Shown here piece by piece: positions 21,791 to 32,593 of a DNA stretch of 64,000 bases (its first letter is position 1; every line of letters begins with the position of its first letter). This stretch comes from an uncultured Armatimonadetes bacterium (GTDB lineage: Bacteria; Armatimonadota; Hebobacteria; Hebobacterales; Hebobacteraceae). The stretch lies in assembly GCA_963716175.1 (NCBI GenBank), contig OY970296.1, positions 64,001 to 128,000 of the forward strand. Reading direction: 5' to 3'. Both the position numbers and the translations under genes were made by a program. The notes beneath the pieces were generated by a model. It worked only from the letters and a program-made list of their open reading frames with translations, had not been told where the DNA came from and made no database searches.

Positions 21791-21870
21791 CAACTGCAGA
21801 CATACGTCGGGATCCACTCCCCACCCTGGAAGGTCGCGGTACGTAGATAGTTTGCCCGGTCGCTGAGCAT
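21790..21870 (-). pseudogene. 5' stub of a probable uroporphyrinogen decarboxylase-family gene
   Basis: MLSDRANYLRTATFQGGEWIP with SD just after the upstream gene; coding signal is lost near the IS. Confidence 0.45.
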
Positions 21871-21887
21871 TTCGGGGATCGCCTTCC

Positions 21888-23657
21888 TCAGCTCGCCTCA
21901 ATCACGATCGAATCGAACTGCTTCATACTCCGCTGGTACGAGCCGGCGTAGGTGACGGTATCCTGGTAGGTGACCTGGTGATACCTATCCCACTGCGTCA
22001 CCTTGATCTTCGCGTCCTTCGCCAGCTTCGGGATGACCAGGTCCAGTTCGGTGTCGTGCGTCGCCAGCAGCACCGTCACCTTCTCACCCGCGATCCCCCA
22101 CACATCTGATGAACCGCGCACGCCGCAGCCGGCCAGCAGGTCGCTGATGGGGCCCATCATCTGCCAGCTCACGCAGTTCGCCGGGATGAGGTGCTTGTTG
22201 CCGCGGCTCACGATCAGCGCGACGCCATCGCCTTCCGCCGCCACCGTGCCGATCACCGCGGCGCGCGGGAGCCGCGTCCCGTGCGTGCGTTCTCTCACCG
22301 CGTAGGCGACCAGCACGCCGGTGTACTTGAAGGATGCTCCTTTGTACCTCCCGCTCGCCGGCAGGTCGCCGTCGCGCCAGGTCCCCGTCGGATCGACGCC
22401 GCATGCCACCAGCGCCTTCCGCCAGTTCGCGGTGAGGTCGCTCCCGCTCGGGAGCGTCGCGCCGATCTGCAGGAAGACTGGCTTCTTCCCCGCAAAGAGC
22501 GCGGCGGTCTCGGGTGTGAGATCGAGCGTGCCGCGCTCATCGCGGCCCGTGGTGTAGACGTAGTAGGCGTCGGCGTCAGTGCGCGGCTCTGTGCTCGCCA
22601 CCACATTCCAGCCGGCGTGGAACGCCCCGCACGTGATCGCGTCCCCGGAGCCGGCGAGGTCATCCCAATGTCCATCCTCGCCCTGCCGCAACTGGGCGAC
22701 GACATTCAGCAGCGGCCGCTTCTCTTGCGCGTTCCGTGCTACCAGGCCGGCAACCCACTGCTTCGTGCCGGCGACGTCCATCTGCCGCGCCTTCTCGTCA
22801 TCGAGGCCGATGAGGTCGAACTCGTCGAGGCGAAACTGGAGCGCGCGGATAGCGATGCTCGGTCGGAGGATTCCCTCCCAGTACTCGGGCAGCTCGCCCC
22901 AGTTGTGGCCCACCGTGAAGACCATCACCGTCGGCAGACCCCAGGTGCGCGCGAAGGCATATCCCAGCGACGCCTCCTCGGCAAGGCTGGCCGACTTGCC
23001 GAGTTCGTCGCGGCGGTACTGGTAGTGGTAGAGACTGATCATGTGGCCGCGGCGGTAGATATCGACGAAGCCCTGCCCGGTCCCAGGATGGGAGTAGTGC
23101 ACATAGCCGGGGTCGTCGCCCTCCTGATACTCGAGGCCGATCTTCCGGCCGGTGTCGGCCAGCGCAAAGAAGATGTCCGGCCAGCCGGCCACATCCTCAG
23201 TGAACCAGCGATCCGCGCCGTCCTGGCGTAAATCCGTCATGATCTTGCTGGCCAGCTCGGGAGTCCAGTGCTTCTTGCCCGCCTCGGAGTGCCCTGGGCT
23301 CACGCCCTCCAAGTTGGCCATCACCTTGAGACCGGCCGCGTGCGCGCGGGCCGCGTACTCGGTCAGATTCTCCCGCTCCGATGACTGCTGCGCCCAGTCA
23401 CACCCTCGCAGCGTGGGCGAGTCGAAGTAGTACTTCATCCCCTCGCCATCGCGCGAGCCGGCCGTGAAGCCCACCCCGTCCAGACCCAGCTTCTTCATCA
23501 GCGGCAGGTCTCTAGGCTGCGCATAGCCGAACCACCAGAACGACGGATCGTACTGCTCCTGTCCAGCCATCGCGCTCTCCTTTCCGGCGTACGCGTGTCC
23601 CGGCGCGACCACCATCACCAGCACCACTGCGATCCGAAGCATCGTCGCAGGCGTCAT
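21888..23657 (-). CDS. Secreted hypothetical protein (possible novel glycan-active TIM barrel)
   Basis: Signal peptide (MLRIAVVLVMVVAPGHAYA), ~590 aa, aromatic-rich; downstream of pilin-like P3. Confidence 0.65.
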   Translation of the reverse strand: MTPATMLRIAVVLVMVVAPGHAYAGKESAMAGQEQYDPSFWWFGYAQPRDLPLMKKLGLDGVGFTAGSRDGEGMKYYFDSPTLRGCDWAQQSSERENLTEYAARAHAAGLKVMANLEGVSPGHSEAGKKHWTPELASKIMTDLRQDGADRWFTEDVAGWPDIFFALADTGRKIGLEYQEGDDPGYVHYSHPGTGQGFVDIYRRGHMISLYHYQYRRDELGKSASLAEEASLGYAFARTWGLPTVMVFTVGHNWGELPEYWEGILRPSIAIRALQFRLDEFDLIGLDDEKARQMDVAGTKQWVAGLVARNAQEKRPLLNVVAQLRQGEDGHWDDLAGSGDAITCGAFHAGWNVVASTEPRTDADAYYVYTTGRDERGTLDLTPETAALFAGKKPVFLQIGATLPSGSDLTANWRKALVACGVDPTGTWRDGDLPASGRYKGASFKYTGVLVAYAVRERTHGTRLPRAAVIGTVAAEGDGVALIVSRGNKHLIPANCVSWQMMGPISDLLAGCGVRGSSDVWGIAGEKVTVLLATHDTELDLVIPKLAKDAKIKVTQWDRYHQVTYQDTVTYAGSYQRSMKQFDSIVIEAS

Positions 23658-24057
23658 GGCGTCTCTCCCCTGCCCATGGCAGGCCTCTGTACCATACGGC
23701 CGGCCAAGCGCCCGCACCTGCTGCCACCCAGCCGGCCCGCAGTGCGGGGCGCAAGGGTTGGTGTTGTCGGCATGAGAGCCGCTCTGCTATACTGCCGCGG
23801 CTCAGCAGTCCATCCCGGAAGGCCGCCAGTGTCGGAGCTCGCCAGGCCAAGAGTATACCGGCGCATATGCACCGGCTCCCTGCTGGTTCTGCCAGAACCT
23901 GACCGCTACGTCCTCGTCGACGCGGACAGCAGCATCACTCCCACCAGAAAACGGGAGTCCCGGGGTGTTACCGGGACTCCCATATCAGTTAGGGATGCGC
24001 TCGCTCAATCGAAACAACGGGAGCGCCATCCGGCGCTAGGCTGCGCGACTCACAGCC

Positions 24058-24809
24058 CTAGTGCACGAAGCTGGTGATCTCGTAGGATGGGCACATGCCC
24101 TTGATCTTGCCTGGCGGTGTCGAGTAGCAGTCTGTATAGTTGGTCTCAGGAGCACAACACCTGGCATTCCCGGCCTCTGTGACGGCGGCCTCCGCATTCC
24201 ACCAGGCGGCGTGTCCATCCGCAAACCCGAGGTTGAGGCCGCCAAGGTGAGGCGCATATTTGCTCCGGAACGAGGGGTCACTGAAGAAGTTGCAGGCATC
24301 GGTGCCGAAGGCGGCACCCGAGTCCCCTCCGCTGAGATCCCAGCAGCAACATGGATTGCTGCCATAGGCCATCCCGAACATCGTTCCCAGATCGCAGCCT
24401 CCCTGGCTATCACCGCACACGACCCACCAGCTCGGGTAATCAATCTCCGACGTTTTCCTTCCGATGAGACACCAGTCATTGTAGCCGATGGTGATTTCGA
24501 GGGCCCCCGTATCTTCGCTTCCCCGCTTCTGCTGGGCGATGGAGTCGGTGACGGAGCCGCCCCAGCCAGGCGGCCAGGCTTGGCAGCAAGGCCTGCCACC
24601 GCAGCCCCCACTAGTGTTGTGATCACTGGAACCCCAGCTTCCTTGAGTCTGCACGAGGTAGTCCCACCAGATCGGGGTGTGCTGGGGCACGATCCACATT
24701 GCCGTGGATATATGCTGAATGCTCGGGCAGCGCCAGACGTCGCGGTTCTTGATGTACTCGTCAAAAACAACGGGCCAGCGCAGGTAGGGGTTCGATCCCT
24801 GGAACCGGT
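24058..24809 (-). pseudogene. Pilin-like H-X9-DG protein P3, 5' part removed at the IS junction
   Basis: [24 protein letters not shown] and HLGGLNLGFADGHA present; no FTLIE N-terminus on either side of the IS. Confidence 0.85.
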
Positions 24810-26058
24810 TGCGTGTGTTGGGCACCCATGGCACTGTCCTGGGCGCGTTCTAGGCTTGCCCCGGCTGACTCCCTCCCGTATCATCTGGGGCCGGTAGGCG
24901 GCGCCTTCAGGCGCCGTTCTCTCTTTGGGAGTCAGCGCGGTGGACATCTACGAAGCATCGGTGTCATTGATGGTTCAGGCACTGGTGATCAGCGCCCGGT
25001 GGGCGGCCCGCAGTCGCCGTCTCAGCCTGGAACTGGCCTGCGCCGGTGCGAAGGCGGGACGAGTGGCGCAGCTGGAGGCACGTATCTTGGTGCTGGAGGG
25101 TGCCGTAGCCTTTCGCGATGCGCGCCTGGAGGTCTTGGGGAAGCGGCTGGGAGAGGAAAGGCCGCGACAGCCCTATCCGGTGGTGGAGCGGCTGCGTATC
25201 CTCTGGCTGATGGAGTACTACGGCATCCCGAAGCGGAGGGTGAAGGAAACCTTCGGGGTGGCGCGCTCCAGCGTCCACCACTGGCTCAAAGCCTTCCAGC
25301 AGGGCAAGGAGGGAGGCGGGACATCCTGCTCCGCCCGAGACCTACGGCCTCAACCCCGGCGCCAGCTGAAGCCAAGGAGTGCGGGAAGCCAAAGGCGATC
25401 GTCGCCGGGCACCCCAACCACGTGTGGTCGGTGGACCGGACGCGAGTGATGCGCTGGGGGATCTGGCCCACCTGGGCGCTGGTGGCGATTGATCACTTTT
25501 CCCGCGCAGTGATGGCCGTGGTCCCATTGGAAGGACCAAACGCGGGCTCGGTGGTGGATGCGATGGAGGAGGCATTTCTGCGCCACGGGCCTCCCGAGCA
25601 TCTGATCAGCGACCAGGAAGGGGTCTTCGTGAGCGAGGTGTTTGGGGTGCTGCTCGGCAATTGGAACGTCAAGCAGCGCTTCGGGGCGGTCGGCAAGCAT
25701 GGTTCCATCGCGGTAACGGAACGCCTGATCTGGACCCTTAAGCGGGAATGGCTGGCGCGGATAGCGCTCATCCGTGGCCTGGATCACCTGGGGCGACTCC
25801 TCGCAGACTTCGAGGAGTACTACAAGCAGCACCGGTCCCATCAGCAGCTGAATGGCGCCACACCATCGATACTCTACCAGGGACAAACCTGGCAGAAGCC
25901 CGACCGCTCGGAGAAGGCGCTCCCGTGGCCGATCCGGCTGCGACACTTCCGCGAGCAGCGGATCACCGTCTATGAGCTGGCTGCCTGAGCCAAGGCCGCG
26001 GGATCGGCACTTGAGAGAACGCCTGTCATGGCGGTATCATGAGGCCTCGACATACGCA
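24810..26058 (+). mobile_element. IS family A copy 3 with ~155-bp internal deletion (frameshifted transposase 24925..25988)
   Basis: Same ends as copy 1; sequence jumps from GKEGG to RDILLRPRP near 25315. Confidence 0.85.
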
Positions 26059-26162
26059 GGTGGCCGCAGGAAACCAGGCCAGAAACAGAAAACTCGCCAC
26101 TCCAAGTAAGGAAAAGCTGGTTGATATGGGGAATCCCGGTCTAGACCGGTGAGACAAGGAGG

Positions 26163-27689
26163 ATGGGTGTGAGTAAGACGGTCTGGCTTCTGATGCTGGT
26201 GGTGGGCGTGTGTCTCCTCACATTCACGGTGACCAGCGCCCAGACCTACCAGCCCTACTCGCAAGACGAGTTGGACGACCTGCTTGCGCCGATCGCTCTC
26301 TATCCGGATCCGCTGTTGGCCCAGATCCTGCCGGCGGCCACCTACGTGGATCAGATAGACGACGCGGAGCGATCGCTTGGCGGAAGTGTCGATGAGGGGT
26401 TCATCGACCGCCAGGACTGGGACGTGAGTGTGAAGTGCGTGGCCCACTACCCTGAAGTGCTGGCAATGATGGATGACAACAGAGACTGGACCATCGCGGT
26501 GGGCCAGGTCTTCGTGCAACAGCAGGACGACGTGTTCGCCGCCGTCCAGCGGCTGCGCGTCAGAGCCTACCAGGTGGGGACCCTCGTCACCACGCCTCAG
26601 CAGCGGGTCATCGTTGCCAACGATGGGACGATCCTCATCGTCCCCCACCAGCCGGACAGGATCTACGTGCCTCGCTACCATCCTCAGGAGGTCTACGTAG
26701 CGCCCAGCGAGCGCACTGTCTCCAGCAACCTCATCAGCTTCGGCTTGGGCCTGCTCATCGGCGCCTGGCTGAATCGGGACTGCGACTGGCACCATCACCG
26801 GGTCTACTACCACGGATGGAAGGGGGGCGGTTGGATCGCCGCCGCGCGGCCTCACGTCGTGATCGTCCCGGTCTACGTCAACCGCCGTTTCAAGCCGAAC
26901 GTGATCGTGGTCAACCGCACGATTGTCGAGCGTCCTGTCCCGGTATTCCGGCAGACCATCAGGCACGATGCCGCCATCAACAGACCTGTCTACACGGCCG
27001 GCCGGAGGCCGACAACAGGGGTGTTTGCCAAACCCACCTATGGCGTCGTGAGGGCGCGCCCAGCGGTCTCGCCCAAGCCATCGCGTGCACCCGCAGCGAA
27101 ACCCACGCGCCCGACTGTACCCCAGCGGCCCGGCGCCGGCGCCAGGCCAACCCGGCCGGCTGTTTCGCCAAGGCCGACCGCGCCGAGCCGGCCACAGAAG
27201 CACGCGGTATCGCCCCGACCGACCGCGCCGAGCCGGCCGCAGAAGCACGCGGTATCGCCCCGACCGACCGCGCCGAGCCGGCCGCAGAAGCACGCGGTAT
27301 CGCCTCGACCGACCGCGCCGAGCCGGCCGCAGAAGCAGGCGGTATCGCCTCGACCGACCGCGCCGAGCCGGCCGCAGAAGCAGGCGGTATCGCCACGGCC
27401 CACCGCGCCGAGTCGGCCCCAGAAGCACGCGGTATCGCCACGGCCCACCGCGCCGAGCCGGTCGCAGAAGCAGACCGCGTCGCCACGGCCCACCGCGCCG
27501 AGCCGCTCGCAGAAGCAGGCCGCGTCGCCACGGCCCACCGCGCCGAGCCGGTCGCAGAAGCAGGCCGCGTCGCCACGGCCGGCGCGCCCGCCAAAGAAAG
27601 CAGCCAACCAGCACGGCCGGGCCGGTGCGAATGCTGGCAAGGCGAAGAAACCTGAGCAGAAAGGACGCGGTGAGCAGGCGCCGCGGTAG
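26163..27689 (+). CDS. DUF3300 domain protein with Pro/Arg-rich repeat tail
   Basis: Signal peptide; ELDDLLAPIALYPDPLLAQILPAATY, WDVSVK, IYVPRY. Confidence 0.85.
   Translation: MGVSKTVWLLMLVVGVCLLTFTVTSAQTYQPYSQDELDDLLAPIALYPDPLLAQILPAATYVDQIDDAERSLGGSVDEGFIDRQDWDVSVKCVAHYPEVLAMMDDNRDWTIAVGQVFVQQQDDVFAAVQRLRVRAYQVGTLVTTPQQRVIVANDGTILIVPHQPDRIYVPRYHPQEVYVAPSERTVSSNLISFGLGLLIGAWLNRDCDWHHHRVYYHGWKGGGWIAAARPHVVIVPVYVNRRFKPNVIVVNRTIVERPVPVFRQTIRHDAAINRPVYTAGRRPTTGVFAKPTYGVVRARPAVSPKPSRAPAAKPTRPTVPQRPGAGARPTRPAVSPRPTAPSRPQKHAVSPRPTAPSRPQKHAVSPRPTAPSRPQKHAVSPRPTAPSRPQKQAVSPRPTAPSRPQKQAVSPRPTAPSRPQKHAVSPRPTAPSRSQKQTASPRPTAPSRSQKQAASPRPTAPSRSQKQAASPRPARPPKKAANQHGRAGANAGKAKKPEQKGRGEQAPR
27168..27581 (+). 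repeat. 45-bp (15-aa) coding tandem repeat, 9 copies
   Basis: PRPTAPSR(P/S)QK(H/Q)(A/T)(V/A)S x9. Confidence 0.95.
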
Positions 27690-28319
27690 GTGCAGCGGGG
27701 CGCGCTGTCAGGCGCTCAGGTAGCGTTTGGACAGAGTGGCAGGAGCCAAGGCTCCTGTCCAACCCGATAGGACGCGGCAATCGTGGCTCGGTACTTCAGG
27801 AAGAACTCTCTGACGCGATCCGGCTGCTTGCTGAAATTGTGAAGCATCTCGACTGAAGCAGCAGTGGGTGTCCATGCAGGCTCGGAAGGCCGCGACAAGC
27901 CAAGGCCCTCCGGGGGCACTAATGCTCCAGGGAAGGGCGCGCTCCGCCGAAGACGCGCCGCGGCCCCACCACCACGTCGCTACGCCCGAGGCGCACAAGT
28001 CCCGAGCGCGGCCCTGATGCGCCAGAGGCGCACAAGAGCCAACCAGCCAGAGGCTCACCCGCCTCTGATGGGCTCGGAAGCGTGGTGCGCCGCTTCTGGG
28101 CCATTGCAGCAAAGGGGCCGAAGAGCTGGCGCTTCACGGTGGGACAGTCTCTGAGGTCGCCGGACAACCACGGCCCCTGGGGCCAATGTCGCGGCCGCAG
28201 AGGAGGTATCCGAGGGGCCGAGCAGCATCGAAGGCGCCGTCAGGCGACTGCGGGAAGGGGGCAGAGGGGGGAACGCGGCCACGCCAGGAGCGAGTAGCAG
28301 CTAGCGCGAGCCGCAGGAG

Positions 28320-28440
28320 TCTGCACCACAGAAGTCGCCACGCCTGGGTGACGACCACCCAGCGCTACACCCATCTCGAGGACGACGACCTGCAGGCTCA
28401 GGTGGCACAGCTGCCGGCCAACCTGGTCGCCGGCACCTCG
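28320..28440 (+). pseudogene. Tyrosine recombinase C-terminal remnant
   Basis: HAWVTTTQRYTHLEDDDL resembles the box II H..Y motif. Confidence 0.5.
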
Positions 28441-28498
28441 TATCATCCTCGCCCGTCATGCCACTGAGCAAGCCTTGCCGTCACACCGGTTGTCGCGC

Positions 28499-29809
28499 TC
28501 AGTCTGAGGCCATCGACTCCGGAGCGCGTGGCTTGTCTCTGCGCAGACGCCTCCATCCGATGGCCGCGGCCGCGGTCCCTGCCAGAGTGATCGCCGCGCC
28601 GATCACGACCGCCACCGGAGCGGTCAGGTACTGGGCCAGGGTTCCTGCCTGGAAGCTGCCCAAGGGAGCCGAGCCGGCGTTCACCAATGCCCATACCCCC
28701 ATGACGCGCCCGCGCATGTGATCCGGGACGGACATCTGGATCAGGGTGTTGGCGACCGACATCACGGCCACGCCGCCTAGACCCGCGACTGCCAGTATCG
28801 CCATGGAAAGGTGGAGCATGCGCGAGAACGCGAAGCCTGCCGCCGCGGCCGAGAGCAGGAAGCCTCCCCCAAAGAGAATGCGTTCTCGGCGGGGATACCC
28901 GCCCAGAGAGGCCACCAGGAGGGCGCCCACCAGTGCGCCGATTCCGCTCGAGGTCATGAGGAGGCCGAGGCCCTGCGCGCCGGCGCGCAGGATATCGCGA
29001 GCGAAGATCGGCATGAGCACATTGTAGGACCAGCCGAAGATCGAGAAGACGGCGAGGAGTGCCGACAGCCCCAACACCATCCGGTTGGTCCGTACGTAGC
29101 GCAGACCCTCCAACGAGTCCGCCACTATCCCGCGGACACGCGTTCTCGCCGCTTGTGGCTGGAAGCGCATCAGGAGTAGTCCCACGATCACCGCCAGAAA
29201 GGAGAGCCCGTTCACGAAGAAGCACCAGGCCGGGCCCAGCCTCGCGACCAGTATCCCGGCGAGGGCCGGGCCGATGATGCGGGCGCTGTTGAAGATGGAG
29301 GAGTTCAGGGCGATGGCGTTCATCAGGTCTTCCCGGCCCACCATCTCCACCACGAAGGCCTGGCGAGCCGGCATGTCGAACGCCATCGTCGTCCCGCTGA
29401 ACGCCGCCAGCACCGCCACCTGCCAGGCGCGGATCCACCCGGCCCCGGTGAGGCCCGCGAGCACGAAGGCGAGCAGCATCATCGCGGACTGGGTGACGAG
29501 CAGGACGCGCCGCTTGTTAACGCGGTCGGCCACCACCCCGCCCAGCAGGGAGAAGAGGGCCATCGGAAGGGAGCCTATGCCGCCGATGATACCGAGCAGG
29601 AGGGCGCTGTTCGTCAACTGGTAGACGAGCCAGGCCAGCGCCATCTGCTGCATCCAGGTGCCGATCAGCGAGACCAGCTGGCCCGAGAAGAAGAGCTGAT
29701 AGTTACGGTGCCGCAAGGCGGAAAAGGTACGAATAAGCTGCCTGGGCTCCCGCTCGGATGAAGGTGGGCCGTTCTTATCTCGGTCTCCGCGGTGTAAGCT
29801 GAGGCGCAT
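28499..29809 (-). CDS. MFS transporter (MFS_3/DUF894-like)
   Basis: ALRHRNYQLFFSGQLVSLIGTWMQ, GGVVADRVNKRR, MRGRVMG. Confidence 0.9.
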   Translation of the reverse strand: MRLSLHRGDRDKNGPPSSEREPRQLIRTFSALRHRNYQLFFSGQLVSLIGTWMQQMALAWLVYQLTNSALLLGIIGGIGSLPMALFSLLGGVVADRVNKRRVLLVTQSAMMLLAFVLAGLTGAGWIRAWQVAVLAAFSGTTMAFDMPARQAFVVEMVGREDLMNAIALNSSIFNSARIIGPALAGILVARLGPAWCFFVNGLSFLAVIVGLLLMRFQPQAARTRVRGIVADSLEGLRYVRTNRMVLGLSALLAVFSIFGWSYNVLMPIFARDILRAGAQGLGLLMTSSGIGALVGALLVASLGGYPRRERILFGGGFLLSAAAAGFAFSRMLHLSMAILAVAGLGGVAVMSVANTLIQMSVPDHMRGRVMGVWALVNAGSAPLGSFQAGTLAQYLTAPVAVVIGAAITLAGTAAAAIGWRRLRRDKPRAPESMASD

Positions 29810-30351
29810 CCGCGGCTCCTAGGGCCGCGGCGCAAGGAGCCGGAACCCAACGGTGCTTGTTACGCGCCGGTCGGGCCATTTCCTCCTAGGGAATGGACGG
29901 ATGCCGGATCGACCCGCCCGAGGACCTGACATACTGGGCGGCCGAGTGCGACGCCGCGAGAAGCTGAGGCAAGACTGAGCCCATGACACATTGTGGGACC
30001 AACGCGCATCGCCCGGCGGCCGCAGCCCAGATCCGACGCGGCCCTACCTCCACCCCGCTCCCGAGCGCGGCCCTGGAACCAACCAGCCAGAGGCTGGCAA
30101 GCGTGGCGCGCCGTTCTAGGCTACTTTGGGCGAGAAGGCCGCGAATTGCGGCATGCAGGCCGGTCCGCTTACATTGGCAGCCCGAACGGCCTCACCCTAA
30201 TAACGCGACCTGTTCTACACCTCATGGAGAAGCGGCTCACACTCAGGGGACTTCGCGCGGTCGGCAGGTGGGCGGCGTGAGTGGTATAATCCGGGGCGTG
30301 GCCGAACGGTCACGCCCCGAGTAAGGATAAACCGGAGGACGGGATTCAGCC

Positions 30352-32544
30352 ATGTCAATCAGCTTGCCTGCCATCGTAGAGGTGACCATTGTGCTCGCCC
30401 TCACCGCCAGCATCTGTCTTGCGGAAGAGGTGAGCATTCCGCGAGTGCCCCCGGGTCATCCCCGGGTTTATCTCCGTCCCACCAATCTCCCGGACCTCAA
30501 GGAGAAGGTGGCGTCGCCTCAGTTCCACCAGCTCTGGGAGGACGTGCGTGGGGCCGCCAGCGACACCCCCATCTGCGCCGCCTTCGTCTACCTCGTCACC
30601 GGCGACAAGGCCGCCGGTCGATCTGCGATTGATGGCGCTCTCACCGCGCTGAAATCATCCACCGATGCCCGTGTGTTCGAGGAGCCGTTCCACTGGGGCG
30701 CATGCATCTACGATTGGTGCTATGACCTGCTGACAAGCCAGGAGAAGGCGGCATTCATCAAGGAGTTCGAGCGCATTGCGAACCTCCATGAGCCCTACTA
30801 TCCGGCCCGCACGGACACTGGTGCCGTCGTTGGGCACTCCTGTGAGGGCTGGCTGCTGACAGGTGAACTGCCGGCCGGCGTCGCCATCTACGATGAATCG
30901 CCCGCCATGTACGCCGCCGCCGCCCGGCTCTTCATGGAGAAGTTCGTGCCTGTCCGCAACTTCCACTACGCTGCTCACTGGCACCATCAGGGCGACTCCT
31001 ACCTCTCCACTCGCTTCGCGCACGATCTGGCCGTCTCCTGGCTCTTCCGGCGCATGGGGGATGGGGACGTGCTCAGCCGCGAGCAGCAGTTCGTCCCATA
31101 CCAGCTCATCTACGGTCTCCGCCCCGATGGACAGCAGATGCGAAGCGGAGACACCTATGACGACTCCGGCAGGAGCGGACAGAAACGCCTGGTGGCGATG
31201 CTGGCCGGCTCCTACTACGAGGACCCGTATCTGCTCACCATGGCGGACTCGGATCTCTTCGGGGGGTCCGGCCGCTTCGCCAGGGTGCTGGCGATCATCT
31301 TCCGAGAGCCGGATGCTGAGAAGCGACCGATCAGCGAGCTACCGCTCACCAAGTACTTCGCCGACCCTGGTGGCGAGATGGTGGCGCGCACCGGCTGGAC
31401 GATCGGTCCCGATAGCCCGGACGCAGTCGTGCAGATGCGAATCGGCGGCTACTTCTTCGGCAATCATCAGCACCGCGATTTCGGTACCTTTCAGGTCTAT
31501 CACCGGGGCGCGCTCGCCATCGACAGCGGCCTCTATGAGGGCGAGGCCAGCGAGTACGGGACCGAGCACTGGGGAGCGTACTATCACCAGACCCTCGCCC
31601 ATAGCGGCCTGCTGGTGTTCGATCCGGACGAGCAAGGTCTGAACCGCGTTCGCCCAGTCAATGACGGCGGCCAGCGAGTGCCCAGTGGCGGTCGAGACCA
31701 CCCCCGCGACCTCGAGACGATGAAGACTATGGGATACCGCATGGGCGAGGTGACGGCCCACGCCTTCGGCCCCGATAGCCACGCACCCGAGTACAGCTAC
31801 CTCGCCGGTGACATCACCAAGGCCTACACCGATAAGGTGCGCTCCGTCACCAGGTCCATGGTCGCTCTGAACCTGCGTGACGCCACCTATCCCGCGGCCC
31901 TGGTCGTGTACGACCGCGTCGTCGCCAGCAAACCCGGGTTCAGAAAGACCTGGCTGCTCCACACGATCGAAAAACCGCAGGTGAATGGCCGCACCATCGT
32001 CGTGAGTCGGATCGGTGGCGGTTATCACGGGAAGCTGATCGCTGAGTCACTCCTACCTGCCAATGCCTCCATTGACACAGTCGGCGGCCCAGGCAAGGAG
32101 TTCTGGGTAGAGAGCGTCCAGAAGAACTACCCCACCATCAAGAAGCCTCCCGCCGAGCCCGGCGCCTGGCGGGTCGAGGTCTCGCCAGCCTCCCGCGCGG
32201 CCGCCGATCAGTTCCTGCACGTCATAACGGTGATGGACGCAGAAACACCAAAGGGCCCGGCCGTAAGCCTGCTGCAGGGAGATGGTGTGGTCGGCACGAG
32301 TCTGCTCGACCGCGCGGTGCTCTTCTCGAAGAGCGGTGAGCTGCTCGCGCAGGCGGACTTCGAGATCAAGGGCGGACCGCCTGCCAAGGTCTTGATCTGC
32401 GATCTGGAGCCTGGCCTCTGGTCGGTGCGGAGAGATGGCGCGCCGTACGCGAAGGACCTTCGCGTAACTCCCGATGGCCGTTGCCTTTACTTCGAAGCGG
32501 AGCCAGGGCGATACGTCTTGGCACGACGGGCCGACTTGACGTAG
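30352..32544 (+). CDS. Heparinase II-like polysaccharide lyase (PL21-like)
   Basis: Signal peptide; HPRVYL, VVGH, QGDSY, FGNHQHRDFGTFQVYHRGALAIDSGLY; extended -10 TGGTATAAT at 30282-30290. Confidence 0.8.
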   Translation: MSISLPAIVEVTIVLALTASICLAEEVSIPRVPPGHPRVYLRPTNLPDLKEKVASPQFHQLWEDVRGAASDTPICAAFVYLVTGDKAAGRSAIDGALTALKSSTDARVFEEPFHWGACIYDWCYDLLTSQEKAAFIKEFERIANLHEPYYPARTDTGAVVGHSCEGWLLTGELPAGVAIYDESPAMYAAAARLFMEKFVPVRNFHYAAHWHHQGDSYLSTRFAHDLAVSWLFRRMGDGDVLSREQQFVPYQLIYGLRPDGQQMRSGDTYDDSGRSGQKRLVAMLAGSYYEDPYLLTMADSDLFGGSGRFARVLAIIFREPDAEKRPISELPLTKYFADPGGEMVARTGWTIGPDSPDAVVQMRIGGYFFGNHQHRDFGTFQVYHRGALAIDSGLYEGEASEYGTEHWGAYYHQTLAHSGLLVFDPDEQGLNRVRPVNDGGQRVPSGGRDHPRDLETMKTMGYRMGEVTAHAFGPDSHAPEYSYLAGDITKAYTDKVRSVTRSMVALNLRDATYPAALVVYDRVVASKPGFRKTWLLHTIEKPQVNGRTIVVSRIGGGYHGKLIAESLLPANASIDTVGGPGKEFWVESVQKNYPTIKKPPAEPGAWRVEVSPASRAAADQFLHVITVMDAETPKGPAVSLLQGDGVVGTSLLDRAVLFSKSGELLAQADFEIKGGPPAKVLICDLEPGLWSVRRDGAPYAKDLRVTPDGRCLYFEAEPGRYVLARRADLT

Positions 32545-32593
32545 GCGGGTCAACAGACCGGCATGAGTCGTGAACCTAACGGAGGATATGCAG

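Noticed and set aside
27168-27581. Possible CRISPR array
   Set aside because: Contiguous in-frame 45-bp units with no unique spacers and no cas genes; this is a coding repeat
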